A stretch of 64,000 nucleotides of DNA from a virus. The stretch spans positions 3,732 through 67,731 of the IMG/VR virus record IMGVR_UViG_3300014293_000001. One strand, written 5' to 3'. Position 1 is the stretch's first letter, and each line of letters begins with the position of its first letter. The notes below the pieces were generated by a model. It searched no databases and was not told the origin of the DNA. It saw only the letters and a program-made list of their open reading frames with translations. Positions 25,553-35,576 of this stretch are shown here, piece after piece. The position numbers were made by a program, and so were the translations under genes.

Positions 25553-28467
25553 ATTTTACAGATTTACATAGTCATAGCTTTTATAGTAGGCGTGATGCAT
25601 ATTCATCTTTAGAAGAACGCATACAACGTGCTAAAGAAATAGGATATTCAGCTGTATCTTTAACAGACCACGGTACTACATCAGGTTTAACTTCTCACTA
25701 TTTAGCTTGTCAACAAGCTGGTATTAAACCCATTCTTGGTATGGAAGCATATTTTTCATATGATTTAGATATTAAAACACGTGATAGTTACCACCTTATT
25801 TTGTTGGCAAAAAATACAGAAGGTTTATATAACTTGCGTAGATTATCTACATTTGGTGCTTATCATCATTACTATAAACCATTAATTGATTATAATGCTT
25901 TACGGCAATATAGTAATGGCATTATTGTTAGTACTGCTTGTGTAGCTGGTCCATTGCGTAATGAATTATTACGAGACGAATTTGTTGAAATCATGACTGA
26001 TATTTTTAAAGATGATTTCTATTTAGAGGTACAGCCACATGATTTTCCATTACAATGGGAATATAATAAAATTGTAGAAGAACTTGGTAAACAATATAAT
26101 ATTCCTATCATCGTTACTGGTGATAGTCATTATGCTTATCCAAAACAAATGCAGTCTCATCGTGATTTCTTATTATTAGATAGAACACTAGCTGATAAAA
26201 AGGCACAAATTGACGATGCTTATACTGAAAAAGCTAAAGAGAAATACCAAGAAGAATATAATCATATGTTAGAATACTATGGTAGTCGTGATTACCATAT
26301 GTGGACTATTGATGAATTTAAAGCTGTAATTCCTAATCAAGAATACTATGATAATGTTGGTAAAATCATTGATAAGTGTAATGTAGAAATACCATTTGGT
26401 GAAAACCATTATCCTGTATTCCCTGTTAAAGACCCTGCTAAATACGTAAGAGACCATTGTGCAGATGGATATAAACTACATCGTATTGCAAAGAAAGGCA
26501 ATAAGGATGTATACGTGAACCAAATAACACATGAATTATCCGTATTAAATCAGCTTAATTATAACAATTATTTTTGTATTATCCATGATATGTTACAATG
26601 GGCAAAACGAAATGGTATGAGAACTGGTGCAGGTCGTGGTTCTGTTTGTGGTAGTTTAGTTGCATATTTAATGGGGATAACAGAAATTGACCCAATTCAA
26701 TATAACCTTGTATTTGAAAGATTTGCTAACCCTGAGCGTGTTACCAACCCAGATATAGATTGTGATTTCCAACAAAGTAGACGGCAAGAAATTATTAAAT
26801 ATGTACAAGATAAATATGGTTATGCATACCCTGTTAGAACATTTGGCTTCCTAGGTCCAAAAGCGGCAGTGCAACATGCTGGCAGAGTACTTGGTCGTAA
26901 AGCATCTGATATGACTGCTATATCTAAAAATATCAATGATATCGTAGATATTAAAGATAAAGAAGTTAGAGAAATGGCTAGCACAGTAGTGAATCGTTTA
27001 GTAAACTATGGTACTCATGCTAGTGCAGTAGCCGTATTCCCTATCGACCCTGCTCAATGGTGTGCTATCGAGTATCAAGATGGGCAATATGTAGCGGCAG
27101 AAGATTTCCATATCTTAGAAAAACAAGGTATTCTTAAATTAGATATTCTTGGTTTAGCTACATTAGATATTATTGATGATGTGTTAAAGCGTGTCAAAGA
27201 TTGTGATATACATTCCATCCCTTTACAAGATGACAAGACTGCACAATTATTACAATCTGGTAATACTACTGGAATATTCCAAATTGAGTCTGATGTAATG
27301 ACTAATATTGTAACTAATATCCATTCTAAAAGTGTATATGATTTAGTTGATACCGTAGCTATAGGAAGACCGGGAGTATTAGATGTAGGAATGGATAAAG
27401 TATTTATAGCACGTAGGCAGGGTAAAGAGCCTGTTAAATATTTACACCCATTACTTGAGCCAATTCTAAAAGATACAGAAGGTGTTATCTTATATCAAGA
27501 GCAAATAATGCAAATTGTGCAAGCATTGGCAGGATATACAATGGGTGAAGCAGATACTCTTAGACGTATTATTGGGCGTAAAGAATTGGATAAAATTAAT
27601 ACAGCTGTTGATGAGTTTGTTGAGCGTGCAGGCAAGAATGGTATTAGTGAAGATGTTATTCGTCCTATTGCAGAACAAATGATTGCTTGTGGTTCTTATG
27701 TATTTAATAGAGGTCATAGTGCAGCATATGGTTTAACTGCATGGCGATGTGCTTATTTAAAAGCTCATTACCCAGAAGCGTATTATGCATCTATTCTTGA
27801 TATGAATTTTGGAGATAAAGAAAAGCTATCAGTGTTTATTAATGATGCCAAGAAACATGGTATTAATATTATACCACCTGATATATATGGTGATATAAAA
27901 TGTACTACAGGTAAAAATATTGTATGTTTAGGGTTAGGTGCTATAGCAGGATGTAGTAATTTACACGCATTTAAATTTGAGCGTGGTAAAGCATTTTTAG
28001 AACTCAACCAAACAATGAACATGACACAACTCAAAGGTTTAATTTATAGTGGTGCTATTGATGATGGCGGTGATAGAAATGATTACATACAATATATTAA
28101 ATGGTTAAAAGATAAACGTAAATCTAAAGGTGAATACGTATTTGATGCAAATCATAAAGATAATCTAAGTAAAGGTGCAATGGAATTATCTGTATTAGGT
28201 TATACATTCCATAGTATTTTTGATGAATACGATACAAGTATCTGCGTAGGAAATGTTAAACCAGCCATTATCTTATCTGTTACAGCACGGAAAACTAAGA
28301 AAGGTAAACCATATGCGTTCTTAACGGTGCAAACACCTACAGGTGTAGAAAAATTAGTAACATTTGAAGTTGATTTTACTATGTTTACCAAAGGAAATGT
28401 ATACGCACTACGAATTAGGGACGGCGTGGTGGTCGATGCCTGCTCAATAAACCGCTTGACCGCCTGA
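25549..28467 (+). CDS. dnaE: DNA polymerase III alpha-subunit-like replicative polymerase (PHP + pol core + OB)
   Basis: 'DLHSHSFYS' PHP motif; 'GRGSVCGSLVAYLMGITEIDP'; catalytic 'PDIDCDF'; C-terminal OB-like segment. Confidence 0.85.
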   Translation: MNFTDLHSHSFYSRRDAYSSLEERIQRAKEIGYSAVSLTDHGTTSGLTSHYLACQQAGIKPILGMEAYFSYDLDIKTRDSYHLILLAKNTEGLYNLRRLSTFGAYHHYYKPLIDYNALRQYSNGIIVSTACVAGPLRNELLRDEFVEIMTDIFKDDFYLEVQPHDFPLQWEYNKIVEELGKQYNIPIIVTGDSHYAYPKQMQSHRDFLLLDRTLADKKAQIDDAYTEKAKEKYQEEYNHMLEYYGSRDYHMWTIDEFKAVIPNQEYYDNVGKIIDKCNVEIPFGENHYPVFPVKDPAKYVRDHCADGYKLHRIAKKGNKDVYVNQITHELSVLNQLNYNNYFCIIHDMLQWAKRNGMRTGAGRGSVCGSLVAYLMGITEIDPIQYNLVFERFANPERVTNPDIDCDFQQSRRQEIIKYVQDKYGYAYPVRTFGFLGPKAAVQHAGRVLGRKASDMTAISKNINDIVDIKDKEVREMASTVVNRLVNYGTHASAVAVFPIDPAQWCAIEYQDGQYVAAEDFHILEKQGILKLDILGLATLDIIDDVLKRVKDCDIHSIPLQDDKTAQLLQSGNTTGIFQIESDVMTNIVTNIHSKSVYDLVDTVAIGRPGVLDVGMDKVFIARRQGKEPVKYLHPLLEPILKDTEGVILYQEQIMQIVQALAGYTMGEADTLRRIIGRKELDKINTAVDEFVERAGKNGISEDVIRPIAEQMIACGSYVFNRGHSAAYGLTAWRCAYLKAHYPEAYYASILDMNFGDKEKLSVFINDAKKHGINIIPPDIYGDIKCTTGKNIVCLGLGAIAGCSNLHAFKFERGKAFLELNQTMNMTQLKGLIYSGAIDDGGDRNDYIQYIKWLKDKRKSKGEYVFDANHKDNLSKGAMELSVLGYTFHSIFDEYDTSICVGNVKPAIILSVTARKTKKGKPYAFLTVQTPTGVEKLVTFEVDFTMFTKGNVYALRIRDGVVVDACSINRLTA

Positions 28468-28485
28468 CCGAGCCGTGCTACACTG
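28457..28485 (+). promoter_or_regulatory. GC-rich cassette promoter P3, overlapping the polymerase stop codon
   Basis: TTGACC (28457-62), 17 nt, TGC-TACACT (28480-85). Confidence 0.5.
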
Positions 28486-28546
28486 AGGTTGTCCACGAGG
28501 GGATAGCCTCCCCGAATATTTATTTTATTTAAGAAAGGATAATACT

Positions 28547-29242
28547 ATGAAAGAAAAAACAGTAGAAGAAATCTTTGAACAATTAAGAGAACCTTTTCCT
28601 CCACAGGATATCCAATGGAGAATTGGACAAAAGTCTAAAGATGGAAAGAAAGCAATGGTATTACCATATGTAACTAATCGTGCGATTATGGAACGTCTTG
28701 ACCAAGTAGTTGGTGTTGGTAATTGGTTCCCAGAGTTTAGACCAGTAGATGCTGGTGGGGAACATGGTATGATTTGCCGTTTAAATATCGTTATTTATAC
28801 TGGTGATGAATTAGGATGGCGTACATTAACACGTGAAGATGGTGCAAGCAATACTAAGATTGAACCTATTAAGGGTGGTATTTCTGATAGTATGAAACGT
28901 GCGGCTGTACAGTTTGGTATTGGTCGTTATCTATATAATTTAAAAGAAAGCTGGGTAGTACTTGGAGACTATAATCGGTTTGACCCTCCTAATTTGCCTA
29001 TTTGGGCTTTACCTAAAGGTTTCACAGGGGCACAAATACAAGGCACGGACGTTGAGTTGTATGACTCAAGAGAAACAAGTACGGCTACATCTGCTACGAC
29101 ATTTACACAAGGTAAATATGCGAATAAAGCGATTTCTGAAGTAAGTGATATACATTATTTGCGTTGGGTAGTAGAACAATCTAAGTTTAGTGCAGATACT
29201 AAGAAAGCTTGTCAAGAAAGATTAGGTGAATTGAATGGTTGA
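28547..29242 (+). CDS. Rad52/Rad22-family single-strand annealing protein (Sak-like)
   Basis: 'PFPPQDIQWRIGQ...LPYVTNRAIMERLDQVVGVGNW...SMKRAAVQFGIGRYLY' pattern. Confidence 0.6.
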   Translation: MKEKTVEEIFEQLREPFPPQDIQWRIGQKSKDGKKAMVLPYVTNRAIMERLDQVVGVGNWFPEFRPVDAGGEHGMICRLNIVIYTGDELGWRTLTREDGASNTKIEPIKGGISDSMKRAAVQFGIGRYLYNLKESWVVLGDYNRFDPPNLPIWALPKGFTGAQIQGTDVELYDSRETSTATSATTFTQGKYANKAISEVSDIHYLRWVVEQSKFSADTKKACQERLGELNG

Positions 29243-29507
29243 TAATTTAAACATTGACCTTAATGTATTTCATAAATACAAACCGTCGGTCGCTCTAGTG
29301 CATGGTTATATTAGGCAAGAAGCCAACGACCGTGGGTATACATTAGCTGGCAAAAAGTTTATCGTATTAACAGCTGGTGAGATTGCAGAAGCTACTGGAT
29401 TAAGTCGTATCACATCATGGCGTGCTATTAAAGTCTTGGTTGAAGATGGTCTTTTAGAACGTATTCAAATTCAGGGTCCTCATAATATTTCATATGCGGT
29501 GATGTAA
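29235..29507 (+). CDS. winged helix-turn-helix DNA-binding protein
   Basis: 'LTAGEIAEATGLSRITSWRAIKVLVEDGLLE'. Confidence 0.55.
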   Translation: MVDNLNIDLNVFHKYKPSVALVHGYIRQEANDRGYTLAGKKFIVLTAGEIAEATGLSRITSWRAIKVLVEDGLLERIQIQGPHNISYAVM

Positions 29508-29836
29508 TGGCTAAGAAGTTTAACATTTTTGACAGAATAACTAGGTTATACATGGAGAAATGTTCTACTGAACCTATATTTATTAATAGGAGGTTCAACC
29601 CCTCCTATTTTAAATTAAGGGCACACTTTTATAAACAAGACGAAAATACTCTTGATAAATTATTACGATACCTAGAAGATAAGCCAAAGAAAAGCATTAT
29701 GACATTAACAGATGTGTATCACGAGGCTGAACAGTATAGATTGTATCGTATTAAAAAATATCACGAGAAAGAAATGAAATCAATAAAAGTGGAACGTGTT
29801 GATGGTTATAGCCTAGACGATGTATTAAATTTATGA
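29507..29836 (+). CDS. hypothetical protein
   Basis: TAATG coupling; 109 aa. Confidence 0.5.
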   Translation: MAKKFNIFDRITRLYMEKCSTEPIFINRRFNPSYFKLRAHFYKQDENTLDKLLRYLEDKPKKSIMTLTDVYHEAEQYRLYRIKKYHEKEMKSIKVERVDGYSLDDVLNL

Positions 29837-29843
29837 GGTGTAT

Positions 29844-31823
29844 ATGAATATTACAGAAACTATAATTCAACAAGTAGATATTATAGATTTCATTGGCAAA
29901 TACACTAATTTACACCAAAGTGGAAGATATTGGAAAGGTAAGTGTCCTTTACACGAAAGTGATGATACATCTGAGACGTTAGTTGTATTCCCTGATACAA
30001 ATTCATTCTATTGTTTTAGTTGTGAATGTGGTGGCTCTGTAATTAATTTCTTATCTGATAAAGAAAAAGTTAGTTATCGTGCAGCTACAGAAATACTAGC
30101 AAAAGAATGCAATATTAGCTTAAAGGATAATAAGGAGTACCAACTTGAAGCTAGTGAAGAAATGCGTTTCACTAGAGAAGCAGATATGTATCATAAAAAT
30201 GTAGGTGCTATTGGTGAGTACTTAGCTAAACGTGGTTTAACTAATAGTACTATTAACGATTTTAATTTAGGTTTTCATGCTGATTGCTTAACAATTCCAT
30301 TAAGGAATGAGCACGGACAATACGTTAGTATGGCTATTAGACAATTTAATAAGAAGCCTAAATACAAAAATACACCAAATAGTATTCTATATAAGAAATC
30401 ATCTTTCCTATTTAATCTTGATTTAGCAAGAAAGAAAATTAAAGATAGATTGTATGTATGCGAAGGATATATGGATGCAATGAGCGGTCATCAAATGGGC
30501 GAACCTACAGTAGCTTATTGTGGTAGTGAATTACATAGAGACCAAATTAGAAAGCTGGCAGGTTTTATTCGTAAAGAAATTACGATTGTAATTTGTCCAG
30601 ATAATGATGAAGCTGGTGTTAAACATTTACCAAGAACTAGAGACCACTTCCAATCTATGCTTCCAAAAGCCAATATACGTGTATTAATTATGCCAGAAGA
30701 ATGCAAAGATATTAATGATTTGTTATGTGCAGGTTATGAACTTGCTGACTTGCCAACAGAACATATTGATATTTTTGTTATTAAACAATTAGTAAAACGG
30801 TACAAAACAATTGAAGAACAATATGTTGTAGCAGAAGCATTTCTTAAAACAATACGTTCTCCTATGATTAGGGCAGAAGCTATTCAAGCATTAGGTGAAA
30901 TTTGGAAACGTGATGTATCTGACTTAAAAGCATATTTTGATAGTGGTGTATCGTCTGAACAAGATTTATTAGAAACATTGCATGACGCATCTAGTAGTCT
31001 TAATCAATTACGAGATATTTACAAACGTGGTACCTATCCAACACATTTTCAATTATTAGACAACTGTATTGGTGGTGTATCAAAAGGGCAAGTATTCTTG
31101 ATTGGTGCTTATTCGTCATCGGGCAAAAGTGATATTGCTATTGAATATATATTACGACAGATAGTCCAGAATAAAGCTAATGTGGTATTTTTTAGTTTAG
31201 AAATGCCACGTGGTAAAATTATGGAACGTATTGTATGCAAGATACTCAAGAAGCGTATAGCAGAAGTTAAAGAACTCATTATACAAGGAGACCCTTTGGT
31301 CAATCAAGTACTTGACAAAATAGGTAAGAAATTGTATATTGTAGATGAGAATAATTTATCTATGCATGATATTGAGCGTTATATTAATACAATTAACACT
31401 CGTAATATTATGGAAGGTGGCGTTGATGTTATCGTTGTTGATTATTTCACTTACTTAAAAGGTGCAGGTGATTATGATGGTGCAAGCGAACAAGCCTTGA
31501 TGATGAAAGGTATTGCAAAACGATACAACGTAATTTTTACAATGTTGTCTCAGCTCAATCGTAGTGGTAATACATACGAAGAACCAACAATGAACCAGTT
31601 AAGAATGACTGGTGATTTAGAGGCATCTGCTGACTATATTCTAATGATATGGAGACCTGATAGGGCACCTAATTTATCGTTAGAGAAACAGCAAGAACTT
31701 CGTAATATTACACGATGTAAAGTAGAGAAAGCACGTGATGGTATGAATGGTCCGCCAATGTTTGAGTTAAAATATGATGTGAATACTTCACGATTAGAAG
31801 AAGTGTTGACAACTGACAATTAA
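29844..31823 (+). CDS. bifunctional DnaG-type primase / DnaB-like helicase
   Basis: CHC2 zinc finger 'CPLHESDD..FYCFSCECGG'; TOPRIM 'CEGYMDAMS' and 'CPDNDEAG'; Walker A 'GAYSSSGKSD'; Walker B 'VIVVDYF'. ATG 29844 is preferred over the track's GTG 29838. Confidence 0.8.
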   Translation: MNITETIIQQVDIIDFIGKYTNLHQSGRYWKGKCPLHESDDTSETLVVFPDTNSFYCFSCECGGSVINFLSDKEKVSYRAATEILAKECNISLKDNKEYQLEASEEMRFTREADMYHKNVGAIGEYLAKRGLTNSTINDFNLGFHADCLTIPLRNEHGQYVSMAIRQFNKKPKYKNTPNSILYKKSSFLFNLDLARKKIKDRLYVCEGYMDAMSGHQMGEPTVAYCGSELHRDQIRKLAGFIRKEITIVICPDNDEAGVKHLPRTRDHFQSMLPKANIRVLIMPEECKDINDLLCAGYELADLPTEHIDIFVIKQLVKRYKTIEEQYVVAEAFLKTIRSPMIRAEAIQALGEIWKRDVSDLKAYFDSGVSSEQDLLETLHDASSSLNQLRDIYKRGTYPTHFQLLDNCIGGVSKGQVFLIGAYSSSGKSDIAIEYILRQIVQNKANVVFFSLEMPRGKIMERIVCKILKKRIAEVKELIIQGDPLVNQVLDKIGKKLYIVDENNLSMHDIERYINTINTRNIMEGGVDVIVVDYFTYLKGAGDYDGASEQALMMKGIAKRYNVIFTMLSQLNRSGNTYEEPTMNQLRMTGDLEASADYILMIWRPDRAPNLSLEKQQELRNITRCKVEKARDGMNGPPMFELKYDVNTSRLEEVLTTDN

Positions 31824-31855
31824 TATGTTATATTATATATAGAAAGGTTAATGAA

Positions 31856-32770
31856 ATGCCATATACACTATACAAATGCCCTGATGGAGAACTAACAAAT
31901 ATAGAAGATTGCCTTTCTAAATGTAGATTATGTGGTGAATATGATAGTAATGGAGAACCTTGGGTACCTGCTGGTAGATGTATGAGCCTACAAACACTAC
32001 GTGCCATTTCAGAACAGCGTAAATGGACAGGTAAACCATCTACTACACAACTACTCAAAGGTACTCGTGAAGTTTTTTTAGAACTCACACAAAATTATCA
32101 TATCTCACCTAAAGATTCTGTATTTATGTTATTTGGTACAGAAGTACATGGTGGTTTAGAAAGTCATGCTATTAATGCTAACGGTGAAGTTGCTGAAATA
32201 CGTATTGAAGATGATTATTCAACTGGTGCGTTTGACTATTACACACCAGAAAATGGTGGAACATTAGTTGATACTAAGACATATGGTAGTTATAAAGCAG
32301 CTCATACTCTTGGGTATTACATGAAGAAAGAAGAAACTGACTATATCTACAAATCTGGACAGAAGAAAGGTCAGAAGAAAACTATTAATGTGTTATACAA
32401 AGACGGTCCGCATTTAAGATTTGACTTAGCAGTACAGCTAAATGATTATCGTATGAAGATTGAGAATAAACTCGGTTTACCAGTAGCTAATATGTGTTGT
32501 CAAATTTTAGTGCGTGACGGTAATACTCATGTGGCAACTAGCCGTGGTATTACAGAGCCAAGTTATTTAGTCCCGATTAATAAAATCTCAGATATTTGGG
32601 TCGAAAGATATATGAGAAAGAAAAGTCAGGACTTAATATATGCATTAGAACATAACGTATTACCTCCTCCATGTAGGCATAGAGAAACATGGGGTGGTAG
32701 AAAATGTAAAGATTATTGTAATGTATGGAATTTTTGTGAAGAAGGAAGGAAAGCACATGGAATTCAGTAA
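31856..32770 (+). CDS. PD-(D/E)XK-type exonuclease with a Cas4-like Cys cluster (tentative)
   Basis: N-terminal Cys residues plus C-terminal 'C..(x)..CKDYCNVWNFC'; neighbours the annealing protein and the helicase. Confidence 0.45.
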   Translation: MPYTLYKCPDGELTNIEDCLSKCRLCGEYDSNGEPWVPAGRCMSLQTLRAISEQRKWTGKPSTTQLLKGTREVFLELTQNYHISPKDSVFMLFGTEVHGGLESHAINANGEVAEIRIEDDYSTGAFDYYTPENGGTLVDTKTYGSYKAAHTLGYYMKKEETDYIYKSGQKKGQKKTINVLYKDGPHLRFDLAVQLNDYRMKIENKLGLPVANMCCQILVRDGNTHVATSRGITEPSYLVPINKISDIWVERYMRKKSQDLIYALEHNVLPPPCRHRETWGGRKCKDYCNVWNFCEEGRKAHGIQ

Positions 32771-33146
32771 AGGTTATTTAAAAGTAATTACAAACAAAGA
32801 CGGTTATAAAGTTGATATTGATGGTATTACACCTCAAGAATTGACTGTTATTTATTCTAGTATCATTGCACAACATTTTGGTTTAGATACAGAAGAATTT
32901 ATGGACGTAATGTTGTCTCATCTTGAAAAAACACTTGATGATATTGAAAATGAACCAGTATATGAAGACCCTAATGAAGCTGGTTATGATGCATTCACTG
33001 GTGAACCTATCGAAGAAGATGATGATGAATTTGAATGTGATTGTGAATTAGGTATTTGCTATGATACTAATGGTTGCGAAGTTTCATTTGAAGATTTACC
33101 AAAAGAAGTGCAAGCAATGTTGTTAGCAGTAGCTGAGGAACTATAA
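32757..33146 (+). CDS. highly acidic small protein
   Basis: GAAGGAAGGA SD before ATG 32757; 'EPIEEDDDEFECDCELG...'. Confidence 0.5.
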   Translation: MEFSKGYLKVITNKDGYKVDIDGITPQELTVIYSSIIAQHFGLDTEEFMDVMLSHLEKTLDDIENEPVYEDPNEAGYDAFTGEPIEEDDDEFECDCELGICYDTNGCEVSFEDLPKEVQAMLLAVAEEL

Positions 33147-33466
33147 TGGAAACTAAAGATTTTACTAATAAACTCAATACGATTATCGACCTATTCGTAA
33201 AGAAAAGTGAACAATACTCTAATGGTAAAGATATTCTATCTGCTTTCCGCAAAGCTGGTTTTGTTCATGGTGATGGTAGTGTAAAATCTATGTTTGAAGC
33301 TATGTTGGTTTATAAAGGTAAACATGATTTAGCATTAGCTGAACATGGACTTGACCTACCTGATGCTCAAGAACGATTACATGATATTATTGTTTATTGT
33401 GTATTAGGGAGTTTGATGATTGACGAAATGCAAAGTAAAGACAAATTGCAAAGTTCCAAAGGATAG
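33146..33466 (+). CDS. hypothetical all-alpha protein
   Basis: TAATG coupling; 106 aa. Confidence 0.5.
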   Translation: METKDFTNKLNTIIDLFVKKSEQYSNGKDILSAFRKAGFVHGDGSVKSMFEAMLVYKGKHDLALAEHGLDLPDAQERLHDIIVYCVLGSLMIDEMQSKDKLQSSKG

Positions 33467-34094
33467 TTGTTGGTATTGCGATAACTATAATTTGTATCAA
33501 CCTAAAAACCCTAATATTTTATCACCTCGTCAAGAACAACAAAAACTTGAATATAAGTTAGCAAAAAAGGTTAAGAAGCAGACTACAGCAAGTAAGAGAG
33601 GCAAGGCTAACCGTCGTAACGGTAGAAAAGCAGAAAATGATTTGCTTAAATATTTACAATCTCTACATCTTACAGTACATGCGGTACCTGCTTCTGGTGC
33701 CTTTAAACTAACAAATGCTATTAAAGGCTACGGAGATAGTGAAATAGCTAAGCGTATGTCAGGTGATTTGAAGTGGGATATTGGAGATAAAATATATACC
33801 ATTGAGAGTAAACGTGATGTAAATACAGATGGATTATATAAGAAAGCTGAAGATGGTCCTATCCATTACACAGGTTTTGCTTATATGTTGCGTCAAGATT
33901 TATTTGAAGCGTTAATCAATAAGGTGGAGTTTGGTGATGCAATTCCTAAAGAACCTAAAGGTCTTAAAAAAATTGAAAAATATTTTAATCAGGATAATAG
34001 TGATATGGTTGTAATTAGTAGACCATATTTACCTAGATTATTTTTTATTAAAGAGGAGTTATACAATGCAATCAAAAGAGAAGAAATACTTTAA
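33420..34094 (+). CDS. resolvase-like PD-(D/E)XK nuclease with an N-terminal Cys cluster (tentative, TTG start)
   Basis: AGGGAG SD 8 nt before TTG; 'GRKAENDLLKYLQSLHLTVHAVPASGA...GDLKWDIGDKIYTIESK'. Confidence 0.4.
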   Translation: MTKCKVKTNCKVPKDSCWYCDNYNLYQPKNPNILSPRQEQQKLEYKLAKKVKKQTTASKRGKANRRNGRKAENDLLKYLQSLHLTVHAVPASGAFKLTNAIKGYGDSEIAKRMSGDLKWDIGDKIYTIESKRDVNTDGLYKKAEDGPIHYTGFAYMLRQDLFEALINKVEFGDAIPKEPKGLKKIEKYFNQDNSDMVVISRPYLPRLFFIKEELYNAIKREEIL

Positions 34095-34314
34095 TATTAT
34101 GTTAAGTGAAGACGAAATTATAACATTTGATACAAATATTGCACAGTCTGGTACATTGTTAAAAGTAATTGCTACAGCCAATGCGGCTACAATTAATATT
34201 TTAACGGAAGCAACTGGTCGTGAAGATATTGCTGAAATGCTAGTTCAGGCAACATTGGTAGCATTAGATGACATTCAGAAAAAAGAAGGTGGTGAAGCTG
34301 ATGAAAGTAATTAA
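34066..34314 (+). CDS. hypothetical protein
   Basis: AGAGGAG SD; 82 aa. Confidence 0.5.
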   Translation: MQSKEKKYFNIMLSEDEIITFDTNIAQSGTLLKVIATANAATINILTEATGREDIAEMLVQATLVALDDIQKKEGGEADESN

Positions 34315-34552
34315 TGAAACATTTGATAAAATTTTAGATTGTCAATCCATCTTCATTTCAGCTGTATATGATGATGAAGATAAAAACCTTATTTTAGGTT
34401 ATAATGTCAAAGGTTCTTTAACTAACGGTCGTACAGAAGTTATTGCTAAGTTTACTAACAAAGAGGACGCACAGCAACTAATTAAACATTTAACTGTAGA
34501 TTTAGATGTATGTACTAGACCTAGTTATTTCAAAGAAAGACCACAGGCGTAA
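34301..34552 (+). CDS. hypothetical protein
   Basis: AAGGTGG SD before ATG 34301 (the track starts at 34268). Confidence 0.5.
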   Translation: MKVINETFDKILDCQSIFISAVYDDEDKNLILGYNVKGSLTNGRTEVIAKFTNKEDAQQLIKHLTVDLDVCTRPSYFKERPQA

Positions 34553-34554
34553 TT

Positions 34555-34986
34555 ATGGTGCAATACGAAGACATTAAAGAATTATCTGATGAAATTAGTG
34601 ATATGTATAGAACACTACAAGATAATGATGCTGATACTGCATTTTATTTAATGAAAGAGTCGTCTCTCTTGTTACCAAGTTTTGAGGAATTGTCTCATGA
34701 ATTACTTAAATTATTAAGCAATTTGGAAAAGACTGCTAAGGCTACGCAAGCTACAGTAAGTAGAGAAAGTTCTAATAAGGTAACAGAGGGAGACCGTATT
34801 GCCATATCTGACCCAACCGTATTGCAAGCATGGAGCAATTATGCTGATATACAATACAAACAAAGGTTGGTACAAACACAAATAGATTTTCTGAAGCGTA
34901 TTTACTTTGATTGTAAACTTGTTTATGAAAATGTATGTAGACAAAACAGAACAGTAGTGCATGAAAAGATGGTGGGACATACATGA
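34555..34986 (+). CDS. hypothetical protein
   Basis: 143-aa ORF in the operon frame; weak SD. Confidence 0.45.
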   Translation: MVQYEDIKELSDEISDMYRTLQDNDADTAFYLMKESSLLLPSFEELSHELLKLLSNLEKTAKATQATVSRESSNKVTEGDRIAISDPTVLQAWSNYADIQYKQRLVQTQIDFLKRIYFDCKLVYENVCRQNRTVVHEKMVGHT

Positions 34987-35168
34987 CATTAAGAGAGTAT
35001 AAAGTGGTATCACAATACGAAAATGCATTTATACAATATTGTACAGAACAGGCAATGTTATTAAGTATGGTCAATAATCAAGAAGTGTATCTATTATGTG
35101 ATGCTGTACAAATGAAAGCATTAGTTTTAACGTATAATGGTAGGGTGTTAGGAAAATATGAGTACTAA
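34983..35168 (+). CDS. hypothetical protein
   Basis: ATGA coupling; 61 aa. Confidence 0.4.
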   Translation: MTLREYKVVSQYENAFIQYCTEQAMLLSMVNNQEVYLLCDAVQMKALVLTYNGRVLGKYEY

Positions 35169-35388
35169 AAATAGAGAGATTAAGCTAGGAACACATATTA
35201 ATACACCTGATGGTGAAATACGTGTTGGTTTAGTTAAATATGACCCAAAGAAGGATAAATATTTTTATTCAGTATTTGGTAGTAAATCCAAATGGTATAG
35301 TGAAAAGGATGTGACAATATGCGAAAAACAACCGAAAGTAAGAAAGAGAAAATTATCAACTTCTGTAAAGAAAACAAAGATACGTTAG
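35158..35388 (+). CDS. hypothetical basic protein
   Basis: AGGAAAA SD; 76 aa. Confidence 0.45.
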   Translation: MSTKNREIKLGTHINTPDGEIRVGLVKYDPKKDKYFYSVFGSKSKWYSEKDVTICEKQPKVRKRKLSTSVKKTKIR

Positions 35389-35576
35389 GTGAATTCATTG
35401 CCATTTTTGTTTTTGGTTTTATATCTATCGTTTTGTCAATGTTGAATTTGGATATGCCTCATGGTATTCAAATCATGTTATGTATTATCTTGTTTAATGT
35501 GTTATGGACACAATTTTATGCTCAACGTGCATATTATGAAATGAAAGAACTAAAAGAACAGGAGAAAAAGAAATGA
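35319..35576 (+). CDS. small membrane protein (start uncertain; 70-nt overlap with the previous ORF)
   Basis: Two hydrophobic helices 'FIAIFVFGFISIVLSML' and 'IQIMLCIILFNVLW'. Confidence 0.35.
   Translation: MRKTTESKKEKIINFCKENKDTLGEFIAIFVFGFISIVLSMLNLDMPHGIQIMLCIILFNVLWTQFYAQRAYYEMKELKEQEKKK

Noticed and set aside
28497-28520. Terminator after the polymerase gene (GAGG..CCTC / GGGG..CCCC followed by a T-rich stretch)
   Set aside because: The stem is only 4 bp in either register and the T-tract is interrupted. It also lies downstream of promoter P3, so it is more likely part of the leader.
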